NCBI GenBank assembly: GCA_963826115.1
Contig: CAWGVS010000003.1
Coordinates: 145,211 to 209,210, forward strand
DNA: 64,000 nt
Direction of reading: 5' to 3'
Source: an uncultured Candidatus Rokubacteria bacterium
GTDB taxonomy: Bacteria > Methylomirabilota > Methylomirabilia > Rokubacteriales > DASRDR01
Every line of letters starts with the position of its first letter. The stretch's first letter is position 1. The position numbers were made by a program, and so were the translations under genes. Below are positions 30,906 to 40,673 of this stretch, one piece after another. Under the pieces are notes generated by a model. It worked only from the letters and a program-made list of their open reading frames with translations. It was not told where the DNA came from and ran no database searches.

Positions 30906-31352
30906 ATGAAGATCATCCATTCGACCGACTTCTCGGACTGCGCCGAGCAGGCCCGGGGACTGGCGGTGCAGCTGGCCCGCGCCCTGGGCGCCGAGTTGGT
31001 GCTACTCCACGTCGGCGTGGAAGCGCCCCTGTTCCGCGAGGGGCTGATGGGACCGCGCGAGCTGGAACGCATCTTCGAGGAGCAGCGGGAATGGGCCACG
31101 AAGGCGCTCGAAGAGCGCGCGGCGGAGTGCCGAGGGCAAGGCGTCCCGACACTCGCCCGCGTCGTCACCGGCGTCCCCCACCGTGAGATCGTGGAAGCCG
31201 CCAAGCAGGAGGGCGCAGCCTTCATCGTCATGGGCACGCACGGACGCGGCATCATCGAGCGGTTCCTCCTCGGGAGCGTGGCCGACCGGGTCGTCCGGAC
31301 CGCACCGTGCGCCGTGGTGACGAGACGGCCGACGGAAGGAGCCGCCCCCTAG
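30906..31352 (+). CDS. Universal stress protein
   Basis: KIIHSTDFS...IVMGTHGRGIIERFLLGSVADRVVRTAPC; AAGGAGG RBS. Confidence 0.93.
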   Translation: MKIIHSTDFSDCAEQARGLAVQLARALGAELVLLHVGVEAPLFREGLMGPRELERIFEEQREWATKALEERAAECRGQGVPTLARVVTGVPHREIVEAAKQEGAAFIVMGTHGRGIIERFLLGSVADRVVRTAPCAVVTRRPTEGAAP

Positions 31353-31437
31353 TGCGCTGGACGCCGCCGGGTCCCACCGGAATCCTTGCCGGCGCATCTC
31401 GGGTGAGCCAACCCGGCGCCGCGTCGAGGACGATACG

Positions 31438-33913
31438 ATGACGGGGTACGTCGCGTGGTTTCGGGATATCCGCCTCGACGATCTGCCACGCGTCGGGGGC
31501 AAGAACGCCTCGCTCGGCGAGCTCTACGGCGAACTGACCGCCGCGGGCGTCCAAGTACCGAACGGCTTCGCGGTCACCGGCGAGGCGTACGCCGCGCTCC
31601 TCGACGAGTCCGGACTCCGGAGCCGGGTGACGGCCCTCTTGAAGGACGTGTCGGGCGAGGACGTGACCGTCCTGGCCAAGGCCGGGGCTGCCCTTCGCCA
31701 GCTCATCCTGGAGGCACCGTGGCCAGCCGGACTCGAGCGGCAGATCCGCGACGCCTACGGCGTCCTCGGGAAGGAAGGCGGGCCGGATCCGAGCGTGGCC
31801 GTCCGCTCGAGCGCGACGGCCGAGGATCTCCCCGAGGCGAGCTTCGCCGGACAGCAGGAGACGTACCTCGGCGTGCGAGGCGCCGACGCCCTCATCGCGG
31901 CCTGCCGACGCTGTTTCGCCTCGCTCTTCACCGATCGCGCGATCGTCTACCGAATCCAGCATGGATTCGATCACCTGGACGTCCGCCTCTCGATCGGCGT
32001 CCAGCACATGGTCCGAGCCGACCTCGGCGCCGCCGGCGTCATGTTCACGCTCGACCCGGAGAGCGGCTCCCGGGACGTGGTGGTGATCAACAGCGCCTAC
32101 GGTCTGGGCGAGGCCGTCGTCCAGGGACAGCTCGACCCCGACGAATTCTGGGTCTTCAAGCCGACCCTCCGCTCGGGCCACCAGGCCATTCTCAAGCGAG
32201 CCATCGGCCGGAAGGACTGGAAGCTCGGGCTCGGCGCCGACGGCACACCGGCGCGGGTCGATGTGCCAGCCGAGGCACGTCTCGCGTCCCAGCCTGACGG
32301 ATCCGGAGGTACTCGAGCTCGCACGTCTCGGCATGGCGATCGAAGCTCACTACTCGGCGAAGGCGGGACGGCCCACGCCGATGGACATCGAGTGGGCGCG
32401 GGACGGCGCGAACGGTCGCCTCTACATTCTCCAGGCACGCCCCGAGACGGTGCACGGGGCAGAGCGCCGGCCAACGATGCAGGTGTTCTCTCTGGGGCCA
32501 ACCGCGGGCTTCGAGCGGCTGGTCTCGGGCAAGGCGATCGGCCAACGCGTGGGTGTCGGGCGCGCCCGCCGCCTCAGGGATCCACGGGACCTCGCCCGGC
32601 TCGCCCCGGGTGAGGTACTCGTGGCGCCGATGACCGATCCCGATTGGGAGCCGGTCATGAAACGCGCGGCGGCGATCGTCACCGACCGCGGCGGCCGCAC
32701 CTGCCATGCCGCCATCGTGAGCCGGGAGCTGGGTGTTCCTTGCGTCGTCGGCACGGGGCGAGGCACGGAGCTCATCCCGGAGGACGAGATGATCACCGTG
32801 AGCTGCGCCGAGGGCGAGCTCGCCTCCGTCTACCGGGGGGCCGTGCCCTTCGAGCGGCGCACCGTCGATCTCACGAACCTGTCCCCTCGAGCCACCAAGG
32901 TCATGCTGAACGTCGGGAACCCGAGCGAGGCGTTTCGCCTGGGCGTCCTCCCGACCGACGGCGTGGGGTTGGCGCGGATCGAGTTCATCATCGCGAGCGT
33001 GGTCCGGGTGCACCCTCTCGCCCTGCTCCATCCCGAGATGGTCTCCGAGCCGGAGGCCCGCGCCGCGATCGATGCGCTCACCCGCGGGTACGCCGACCTC
33101 GCGGAGTACTTCGTCGACCGCCTGGCGGAGGGCGTGGCCGTGATCGCCGCCGCATTCTATCCGCGGGACGTGATCGTCCGTCTCTCCGACTTCAAGTCGA
33201 ACGAGTACGCGGGGCTTCTCGGCGGCAGGGCGTTCGAGCCCGTGGAGGCCAACCCGATGCTGGGCTTCCGGGGCGCGTACCGCTACGCGCATCCGCGCTA
33301 CCGGGAAGGTTTCGCCCTCGAGTGCCGGGCGATGCGGCGAGTGCGCGACGAGATGGGGCTGACCAACGTCAAGCTCATGGTCCCGTTCTGCCGGACTCCC
33401 GAGGAGGGCGAGCAGGTCGTGGCCCTGATGGCCGAGCACGGACTCCGGCAAGGCGACCGGGGGCTCGAGATCTACGTGATGTGCGAGATTCCATCGAACG
33501 TCCTCCAAGCACGCGAGTTCGCTCGGGTCTTCGATGGCTTCTCGATCGGATCGAACGACCTCACCCAGCTCGTCCTGGGCGTCGATCGGGATTCCGAGCT
33601 CGTGGCGCCGATCTTCGACGAGCGGAATCCCGCCGTGCTGGCGATGGTGGGATCGGTGATCGCGGCGGCGCGAGCGGCCGGCCGGAAGATCGGCATCTGC
33701 GGCCAGGCTCCCAGCGATTACCCGGAATTCACCCGCTTTCTGGTCGAGCGAGGGATCACGAGCATCTCGCTGAACCCGGACGCGCTGATCCGAGGGCTCG
33801 AGGCGATCGCCGAAGCCGAGCGCGGTACTGCCGCCCCCGCCGGTAGTCTCCCGCCACCTTCCGCGGCGCCGCCTCCGGTGGCCGGGCCCACCGCCCAGAG
33901 CCAGCCGAGTTGA
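31438..33913 (+). pseudogene. ppsA: Phosphoenolpyruvate synthase with one frameshift near 32283
   Basis: VGGKNASLGE, VAVRSSATAED in one frame; DIEWA, QARPETV, GGRTCHAAI, GSNDLTQ, GICGQAPSD in the next. Confidence 0.92.
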
Positions 33914-33954
33914 TGGGTGAGCCCACCGAAATCCCGCGGTGGCCGCTGCGGGAG

Positions 33955-33979
33955 TGGGACGCCGCCGCCTCACTGGGGT
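33955..33979. promoter_or_regulatory. Putative enhancer
   Basis: TGGGAC-N6-GCCTCA plus TGGGGT 19 bp later. Confidence 0.45.
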
Positions 33980-34052
33980 GACGGAGGGACGGGATTGCCG
34001 GATGTTCTGGCTTGATCGGGCATCATCCGAAGGCGGGACAGGGCTCTCGTCG

Positions 34053-34068
34053 TTGCACGGTCCTTGCA
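34053..34068 (+). promoter_or_regulatory. Degenerate sigma-54 promoter motif
   Basis: TTGCAC-GGTCC-TTGCA; the -24 GG is TG. Confidence 0.45.
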
Positions 34069-34123
34069 CGATCTGGTCCTCTTGGTCCTACTGACAGCCT
34101 GCACACCCAAGAGGAGATCGACG

Positions 34124-34552
34124 ATGATCGGACAGATCTGCAGCAAGCCTCCAGTCACCGCCTCGCTCGACACCACGGTTCGGGAAGCCGCCCATCGGAT
34201 GTGGAGCCGGAAGGTCGGCGCCCTCGTGGTCGTCAACGGTCGCGGCAAGCCGATCGGCGTCGTGACGGATCGAGACATCGCGGTGAAGGTCGTCGCCCAA
34301 GGGGGTGACCCGGCTTTGGTCCGGGTGGGCTCGCTGATCACGCGGAAGCCCGCCGTGATTCACGAGCGCGCCGGAATCCTCGACGCCACCAAGCTCCTGA
34401 GCCGCCGAGGGGTTCGACGCCTGCCGGTGGTGAGCCAGTCAGGCAAGCTGGTCGGCATCATCTCCCTCGATGACCTGTTGATGCTGATCGGCAGCGAGCT
34501 GAGCCACATCGCCTCCACCCTGGCGAGCGAGCTCGGACGCAGCCGGATCTGA
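34124..34552 (+). CDS. CBS-domain pair protein (Hrp1-like)
   Basis: VGALVVV...GVVTDRDI; VRRLPVV...GIISLDD; GAGGAG RBS. Confidence 0.92.
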   Translation: MIGQICSKPPVTASLDTTVREAAHRMWSRKVGALVVVNGRGKPIGVVTDRDIAVKVVAQGGDPALVRVGSLITRKPAVIHERAGILDATKLLSRRGVRRLPVVSQSGKLVGIISLDDLLMLIGSELSHIASTLASELGRSRI

Positions 34553-34603
34553 CGCCTCCCCGGAGCCCCTGCCGGAGCGAGTGGAGAGGGACCGCAGGCT
34601 CTC

Positions 34604-36313
34604 ATGACAGCTGAAGGGATGATCGCCTATTTCTCCATGGAGATCGCCCTCGACAACCGCATCCCCACGTACAGCGGTGGTCTCGGTGTGCTGGCCGGGG
34701 ATACGCTCCGGGCCGCCGCCGATCTCGAGGTGCCGATGGTCGGCGTGACCCTCCTCCACCGCCAGGGGCACTTCACTCAGCGCCTCGACGCGGATGGCAC
34801 GCAGCACGAAGAACTGGTCACCTGGTCCGTGGCCGATCGGCTCGAGCCCAGGGAGGGGGTGTGTTCCGTCGAAGTCGAAGGACGTGATGTCATGGTGCGA
34901 GCGTGGCGCTACCTCATCCGCGGGGTGACGGGAGCCACGGTACCGGTGTTCCTCCTCGACACCGACATCCCCGGCAACGATCCGCTCGATCGACGCCTGA
35001 CTGACCGGCTCTATGGCGGCGATGCTCACTACCGGCTCTGCCAGGAGCTGATCCTGGGGGCGGGCGGGGTCCGGATGCTCCGGGCGCTCGGCTACTCGCG
35101 CGTCTCGAGATACCACATGAACGAGGGCCACGCGGCGCTGCTCGCCCTCGAGCTTCTGGCCGAGGAAGAGGCGCACACCGGCGAACCGCCCCACGAGGCA
35201 ATCGACCGGGTGAAGCAACGATGCGTGTTCACGACGCACACGCCCGTGCCGGCCGGACACGACCAGTTCGAGCTGCCTCTGGCACGAGCGGTGCTCGGCC
35301 CGTCCCGGATTCAGGTTCTGCAGACGCTCAAGTGCTGCGACACCGTGCTGAATCTCACGCTGGTCGCCCTCGAGCTCTCTCACTACGTCAACGGGGTGAC
35401 GCGGCGCCACGGCGAGGTGTCGCGGTCGATGTTTCCCGGTTATCCGATCGGGTCGATCACGAACGGGGTGCACTCGACGACCTGGACCGCTCCACCCTTC
35501 GCCGCCCTGTACGATCGCTACATCCCGGACTGGCGGCGTGACAGCTTCGCCCTGCGCTACGCGCTGGGGATCCCCGTGGCCGCCATCCAGAGCGCCCATC
35601 GGGCGGCGAAGGAGCAGCTGGTCCGGACCGTGAACGAGCGGACTTCCGTGCCTCTCGATCCCGAGCGCTTCACCCTGGGGTTCGCGCGCCGAACCACCGC
35701 CTACAAGCGGCCCACGCTCTTGCTTCGCGACCCCGGCCGCCTTCGCCGACTCGCCGCCGCCCGCGGCCCGTTGCAGGTGGTCTTCGCCGGCAAGGCGCAT
35801 CCGCAGGACGTCGAGGGTAAGCGCTTGATCCAGGAGATCGTCAGCCGTGGAATCCAGCTCGCGCCCGACATTCGGATCGCGTATCTGCCCGACTACGACC
35901 TCGACCTCGCCCGGCAAGTCACAGCAGGAGTCGACCTCTGGCTGAACACGCCGAGACCTCCCTTGGAGGCCTCGGGAACCAGCGGCATGAAGGCCGCCCA
36001 CAACGGCGTCCCGAGTCTCAGCGTCCTCGACGGCTGGTGGCTCGACGGTCATGTCGAAGGGGTCACCGGGTGGTCGATCGGGCGCCGGGACGGGGGAACC
36101 TCCGAGGCCGCCGACGACGACGACGCGCGACATCTCTACGAGACGCTCGAGCAGACGATCCTGCCGCTCCACGCCGACCGGCCCGCGAGCTGGGCCGAGG
36201 TGATGCGGCTGACCATCGCGCTCAACGCCTCGTTCTTCAATGCCCATCGGATGCTCCAGGAGTACGTCATCCACGCCTACCAGGACCAGAATCACGCGGG
36301 CCCCGCCCCGTGA
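34604..36313 (+). CDS. glgP: Alpha-glucan (glycogen/maltodextrin) phosphorylase
   Basis: YFSME, YSGGLGVLAGD, HMNEGH, FTTHTP, ITNGVH, EASGTSGMK. Confidence 0.95.
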   Translation: MTAEGMIAYFSMEIALDNRIPTYSGGLGVLAGDTLRAAADLEVPMVGVTLLHRQGHFTQRLDADGTQHEELVTWSVADRLEPREGVCSVEVEGRDVMVRAWRYLIRGVTGATVPVFLLDTDIPGNDPLDRRLTDRLYGGDAHYRLCQELILGAGGVRMLRALGYSRVSRYHMNEGHAALLALELLAEEEAHTGEPPHEAIDRVKQRCVFTTHTPVPAGHDQFELPLARAVLGPSRIQVLQTLKCCDTVLNLTLVALELSHYVNGVTRRHGEVSRSMFPGYPIGSITNGVHSTTWTAPPFAALYDRYIPDWRRDSFALRYALGIPVAAIQSAHRAAKEQLVRTVNERTSVPLDPERFTLGFARRTTAYKRPTLLLRDPGRLRRLAAARGPLQVVFAGKAHPQDVEGKRLIQEIVSRGIQLAPDIRIAYLPDYDLDLARQVTAGVDLWLNTPRPPLEASGTSGMKAAHNGVPSLSVLDGWWLDGHVEGVTGWSIGRRDGGTSEAADDDDARHLYETLEQTILPLHADRPASWAEVMRLTIALNASFFNAHRMLQEYVIHAYQDQNHAGPAP

Positions 36314-36332
36314 AGCCGGTCTGACACGGGCT

Positions 36333-36740
36333 CTACCGAGCCGAGCCGTCGGTCGATCCGGGCGTTTCGTCCCTCAGAAGACGCTCCACAGCCTGCCGGA
36401 AAGCGGCGTTCGCGAACGGCTTCGCAAGGAACGTGTCGACCCCGATCTTCTTCGCGGCATCCCTCGTGCTGACGGAATCGTCGGCGCTGATGAGGAGCAC
36501 CGGGATCGGCGGGACGCGGGTACGCGCATGCCGTGCCACCACGAGTCCATCAGGTCCAGGCAACCGCAGATCCGTCACGACGAGGTCGGGAGCCTCCCGG
36601 TCGATGACGGCGATCGCACCCGCGGCCGTGCTCGCGCTCAGAGGGACGTGCCCGAGCGGCCGGAGGAGTCGCTGGCAGTTCGTCACCAGGTCCGGCTCGT
36701 CGTCCACGACCAAGATGGTTGCCAAGATGTGATGCCTCAC
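36333..36740 (-). CDS. Single-domain response regulator
   Basis: ILVVDDE, VTDLRLPG, FLAKPF; true start may be TTG at 36725. Confidence 0.9.
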   Translation of the reverse strand: MRHHILATILVVDDEPDLVTNCQRLLRPLGHVPLSASTAAGAIAVIDREAPDLVVTDLRLPGPDGLVVARHARTRVPPIPVLLISADDSVSTRDAAKKIGVDTFLAKPFANAAFRQAVERLLRDETPGSTDGSAR

Positions 36741-36749
36741 TGAACGGAA

Positions 36750-36765
36750 CGCAATCGAGGTGCCA
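36750..36765 (-). promoter_or_regulatory. Sigma-54 promoter motif
   Basis: TGGCAC-CTCGA-TTGCG. Confidence 0.75.
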
Positions 36766-36825
36766 ATCGTCGTGGGTGCGATTCAGCTCTCCACGCCCCG
36801 CCCGCCAATCCCGGACCCCGCGGGA

Positions 36826-36863
36826 TGGGGCATCATCGGCCCGATCGAGGCGCGCGGGCCACA
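36826..36863. promoter_or_regulatory. Putative tandem enhancer
   Basis: TGGGGC-N6-GGCCCG and CGAGGC-N6-GCCACA, 20 bp apart. Confidence 0.5.
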
Positions 36864-36936
36864 GAGGCGCGCAGGGAGCCGCGACCGGCGATCCGGACTT
36901 GACGCGGCCCTGGCCACCCGGAAGAATGGCATCGGA

Positions 36937-38643
36937 ATGGCGGACGGCAAGCCGAGGGCACGGGAAGCGTCCAGTCCGGCCGGGCGCCAACGGCGCGGGA
37001 GCGGAGGAACTCACTCCGGCGCGCTCCCGGAAGGGGCATCCCGCAACCCCTCGGCGCTGGCCGATGCCGCTCTGGAGAACTCCCCTCTCGGCATCGTCAT
37101 TGTCGACCACACCGGACGGATCGTGCGGGCCAACAGTCGTCTGGACGACATGTTCGGGTACGCACGGGGCGAGCTCGCCGGCGTGGTGCTGGAGACCCTC
37201 CTGCCCGAGCGCTTCCGCCCCAGCCACGTGCGGCACCGCGCAGGCTTTTTCAGCGACCCCCGGGTCCGCCCCATGGGACTCGGCCTCGACCTCATGGCCC
37301 GTCGCAAGGACGGTGGTGAGTTCCCCGTCGAGATCAGCCTGAGCTTCATCGAGGCGGAGGAAGGTCTCCTCGCCCTCGGCTTCGTCACCGACATCACGCC
37401 GCGCAGGAACGCGGAGCGGCGACTCCACGCGGAATTCCTGGTGACGCGCGTGTTTACGGAGCCTTACGGAGCGAAGGATCTCCCCACGAGCCTACTCCAG
37501 GCGCTGTGCGAGAGCCTCGACTGGGAGCTGGGCGAGCTCTGGCGCCCAGACGGCGAGGTGCTGCGATACGAGGTCGGATGGCATCGACCCGAGCTCGACA
37601 CGAGTGAGTTCGACGCCTTCAGCCGCGAAGTCGTCTTGCCACGCGGAACTGGGCTGGCCGGCAGGGCCTGGGAGACGGAGCGCACACTCTGGATGGGGAT
37701 CGACCGGGGTGCGAATCCCCGGTCCGCGGTTGCGGCGAAGATCGGGCTCAGGTCCGGCTACGCGGTCCCGATCGTCGGGGGCAGCGCAGTGACCGCCGTC
37801 GTGGTGCTCCTCAGCCGGGAGCCGCGTGAGCTGGACGAAGCGCTCCTCGCCATGCTGACCGACATCGGCAGCCGGATCGGCCAGTATCTCGATCACCGGC
37901 GCGTCGAGGTGGAGCTCCGGCACCAGCGCGAGGTGCTCTATCAGACCGAGAAGCTCAGCGCCCTCGGCCGTCTCGTGGCCGGGGTCGCCCACGAGATGAA
38001 CAACCCCCTGGGCATCATTTCGTCACGGATCGAGCTGATGCTGGGCGAGGCGGAGGGCCAGGCCTTCCCGGCCCAGCATCTCGAGGACTTGAAGGTGATC
38101 CACCGCAACGTGCTGCGCGTGGCGGGGGTCGCCCAGGCCCTCCGGTCGTTCGCCCGCCAGTCCACGGGAGAGCGGCGCCCGGTCGACCTGAACGCGGTGG
38201 TCGCGGAGACGCTCCTCCTCGTGGGAAAGCCGCTGAGCACGGACAACATCCGCGTCGTGACGGGGCTCGACCAGACCCTCCCGTCCATCCTCGGCGACGC
38301 GAACGCGCTCCAGCAGGTCTTGCTGAACCTTCTCGCGAACGCGCGTGAGGCCATGACGGGTGAAGGCGAGATTCGCATCCAGTCCGGGCGCGACCCGGCA
38401 CGGAGCGGGCGGGTCCGTCTCGTCGTGACGGATACCGGACCCGGGATCCCGGCGGCGCACCTCCCCCACCTGTTCGAGCCGTTCTACACGACGAAGCCCT
38501 CCGGAACCGGGCTCGGGCTCGCGGTGAGCTACGGGATCGTCCAGAACCACCTCGGCACGATCGACGTCCACTCCATCCCAGGCCAGGGTGCGACCTTCAC
38601 CCTGAGCTTCCCAACCCTGGACGATGCCGCGGGGTCCGCGTGA
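36937..38643 (+). CDS. Cytoplasmic PAS-GAF sensor histidine kinase (NtrB/FixL-like)
   Basis: PAS MFGY...LLPERFRPSH...RRKDGGEFPVEISLS; GAF; H-box VAHEMNNPL; N, G1 (DTGPGI) and G2 (GTGLGL) boxes; no TM; start uncertain. Confidence 0.93.
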   Translation: MADGKPRAREASSPAGRQRRGSGGTHSGALPEGASRNPSALADAALENSPLGIVIVDHTGRIVRANSRLDDMFGYARGELAGVVLETLLPERFRPSHVRHRAGFFSDPRVRPMGLGLDLMARRKDGGEFPVEISLSFIEAEEGLLALGFVTDITPRRNAERRLHAEFLVTRVFTEPYGAKDLPTSLLQALCESLDWELGELWRPDGEVLRYEVGWHRPELDTSEFDAFSREVVLPRGTGLAGRAWETERTLWMGIDRGANPRSAVAAKIGLRSGYAVPIVGGSAVTAVVVLLSREPRELDEALLAMLTDIGSRIGQYLDHRRVEVELRHQREVLYQTEKLSALGRLVAGVAHEMNNPLGIISSRIELMLGEAEGQAFPAQHLEDLKVIHRNVLRVAGVAQALRSFARQSTGERRPVDLNAVVAETLLLVGKPLSTDNIRVVTGLDQTLPSILGDANALQQVLLNLLANAREAMTGEGEIRIQSGRDPARSGRVRLVVTDTGPGIPAAHLPHLFEPFYTTKPSGTGLGLAVSYGIVQNHLGTIDVHSIPGQGATFTLSFPTLDDAAGSA

Positions 38644-38679
38644 CATGCCTCGTGCGGCCGCGCCGGAGCCACGGCGCAG

Positions 38680-39228
38680 TCAGAGCTTCAGCGGCGGGAT
38701 CGAGCCGTGGCCCGGCGCCGTCAGTTGGGGGGGCCCGGGCGGTGCCAGGAGCAACGAGAGCACGCCCGACTCCAGGTTCCGGTCCACGATCGTCGTGACG
38801 CGCCGGATCAGCTTCAGCATCCGCACGTTGTCCCCCAGGACGTAGGCCCGGAGACGGTCAATTCCCTTTCCCTTCGCATAGTCGACCAGCTCCCCGAGCA
38901 GCAGCGTCCCGAGACCCCGGCCCTGCCACCGATCCTCGATGACGATGGCGATCTCGGCCTCCCGGGCCCGCTCGTCGTAGATGTAGCGCGCGACCCCGAT
39001 CAGGTCGCCCTCCGGGCCGATAGCGGCGATCGCCATCCGTCGATCGTAGTCGACGTTGGCCAGGATGTGCGCCCAGTTCGGCGGCAGCCGGCGCGTCACC
39101 GTGAAGAATCGCTGGTAGGCGGTCTGCGGGCTCAGTCGCTCGTAGAGGGCCGTCAGCGCGGGCTCGTCCCCGGGATGGATCGGCCGCAGGGCGACCTCGG
39201 TGCCATCCGCCAGCGTGACGGCTTTCAT
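38680..39228 (-). CDS. GNAT-family N-acetyltransferase (Pat-like GNAT domain)
   Basis: LRPIHPGD, YQRFF, IGVARY, AEIAI, WQGRGLG. Confidence 0.88.
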   Translation of the reverse strand: MKAVTLADGTEVALRPIHPGDEPALTALYERLSPQTAYQRFFTVTRRLPPNWAHILANVDYDRRMAIAAIGPEGDLIGVARYIYDERAREAEIAIVIEDRWQGRGLGTLLLGELVDYAKGKGIDRLRAYVLGDNVRMLKLIRRVTTIVDRNLESGVLSLLLAPPGPPQLTAPGHGSIPPLKL

Positions 39229-39265
39229 GGGGCAGGAGCGCCCCACCGACCCGGTCAATGCCCCA
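39228..39265. promoter_or_regulatory. Putative tandem enhancer
   Basis: Perfect TGGGGC-AGGAGC-GCCCCA (39228-39245) plus a GCCCCA half-site 20 bp later. Confidence 0.55.
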
Positions 39266-39318
39266 CTGTCGGCCTGAGAGCCCGCGCATATCCCACGATC
39301 CGGCAGGCTTTTCTCTTC

Positions 39319-39334
39319 TGGCATCGCAGTTGCT
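39319..39334 (+). promoter_or_regulatory. Sigma-54 promoter motif
   Basis: TGGCAT-CGCAG-TTGCT. Confidence 0.78.
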
Positions 39335-39530
39335 CCGTGATTGACCGACTAGACCACCAAGAGGCGGGGATGAGCAGGCCATGCACGCACTCGACGGATT
39401 TCTCGACGATGAAGAAGGTGGGGCAAGGCTCTTCATCGCCATGCGTGGCCGGACTCCCCGACCATCTCGTCGACCACGGCGCCAGCACATGAATGACGCC
39501 TGTCCCCTTGCCAGCCAATAGGGCCCCAGG

Positions 39531-40664
39531 GTGGCCCATGCCATGACGCTTGCCGAACAAATCGCACGCTTGTCGAAGCTGGAACAGACCGGTGCACCGG
39601 TGGTGAGCGCTTACCTGAACACGCAATGGACGGACGAGCACCAGCGCGAGCGGACGCGGCTCTTCGTCAAGGGCGAAATCCGCCGCGCGCGGGCGACAGG
39701 TCTGGCTGGCCTGGCGAAGGCCCTCGACTGGATCGAGGCGCAAGCGGAGGCGATCCTCAGCCCGAGCCACGCCAAGGCCCACGGCGTCGCGCTCTTCGCC
39801 TGCCCCGACGTCGGCCTCCGGGAGATGATCTCGGTTCGGGCGCCCCTGGAGAACATGGTCGTCGTGGGCGATCGGCCTTTCCTCGGCCCGCTCGCCGCCG
39901 CGCTGGCGGAAGCTCCTCCCCTGCTGGTGGTGTTCGTCGACGAGGAGAGCGCGCGACTGATCCCCGTTCTCGATGCCGGACCTGGCGAGGAGATTCACCT
40001 GAACAGCGAGGTGCCCGGCCATCACCGGCGTGGCGGCTGGGCGCAGCTCGCCCTGGGCCACTATCAGCGCCACATCGAGGAGCGCCGCGGCCGGCATCTC
40101 GAGGCGGTGGCGGAAGCGCTCGGCCGAGTCGTGGAGGAGCACCATATTGAGCGGATCGTGATCGGCGGGACCAGCGACAGCACGGCGGCCCTTCGCCGAG
40201 CGCTGCCCGCGGCGGTCACCGCGAGGGTCGCGGGGGTCGTGTCCGGGCGTCGACATGAGCCGGCAAGCGAGCTCGTCGCCCGGGCCGTTGAGCTGATCGG
40301 CCGCGTCAACACCGAGGAGGTCGCGGCTGCCGTCGATGGGCTCCTGACCCAGGCGGCCAAGGGTGGCCATGCTGCGGCGAGTCTCGAGGGCGTGCTGGAA
40401 GCCGTGCAGCGCGGGGCCGTCGATCGGCTCTATCTCCTGCGGACCTTCCGGGAGCGCGGGCGAGCGTGCACCACATGCCCCGCCCTCCAGCCGGGAGACG
40501 TGGCGACATGCCGGATATGCGGCCAGGCTTCGATCGCGGTCGAGCTCGACGAGGCAATGGTGAGCCGGACGATCGCGGCGGGCGGAGGCGCCACGATGGT
40601 CGACGCCCACGCCGCGCTGGGGGCGGTCGGTGGCGTCGCCGCTCGATTGCGCTTCGTCTCGTAG
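39531..40664 (+). CDS. Bacterial archaeo-eukaryotic release factor (baeRF/aeRF1-like) protein
   Basis: VVSAYL, GVALFA, HRRGGWAQ at the GGQ-loop position, CxxC...CxxC insert, C-terminal GGVAARLRF. Confidence 0.82.
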   Translation: MAHAMTLAEQIARLSKLEQTGAPVVSAYLNTQWTDEHQRERTRLFVKGEIRRARATGLAGLAKALDWIEAQAEAILSPSHAKAHGVALFACPDVGLREMISVRAPLENMVVVGDRPFLGPLAAALAEAPPLLVVFVDEESARLIPVLDAGPGEEIHLNSEVPGHHRRGGWAQLALGHYQRHIEERRGRHLEAVAEALGRVVEEHHIERIVIGGTSDSTAALRRALPAAVTARVAGVVSGRRHEPASELVARAVELIGRVNTEEVAAAVDGLLTQAAKGGHAAASLEGVLEAVQRGAVDRLYLLRTFRERGRACTTCPALQPGDVATCRICGQASIAVELDEAMVSRTIAAGGGATMVDAHAALGAVGGVAARLRFVS

Positions 40665-40673
40665 CGGTAGCCC

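Noticed and set aside
39370-39521. Short ORFs between the 39319 promoter and the baeRF gene
   Set aside because: Two competing frames of about 40-46 aa with no recognisable features; cannot be supported.
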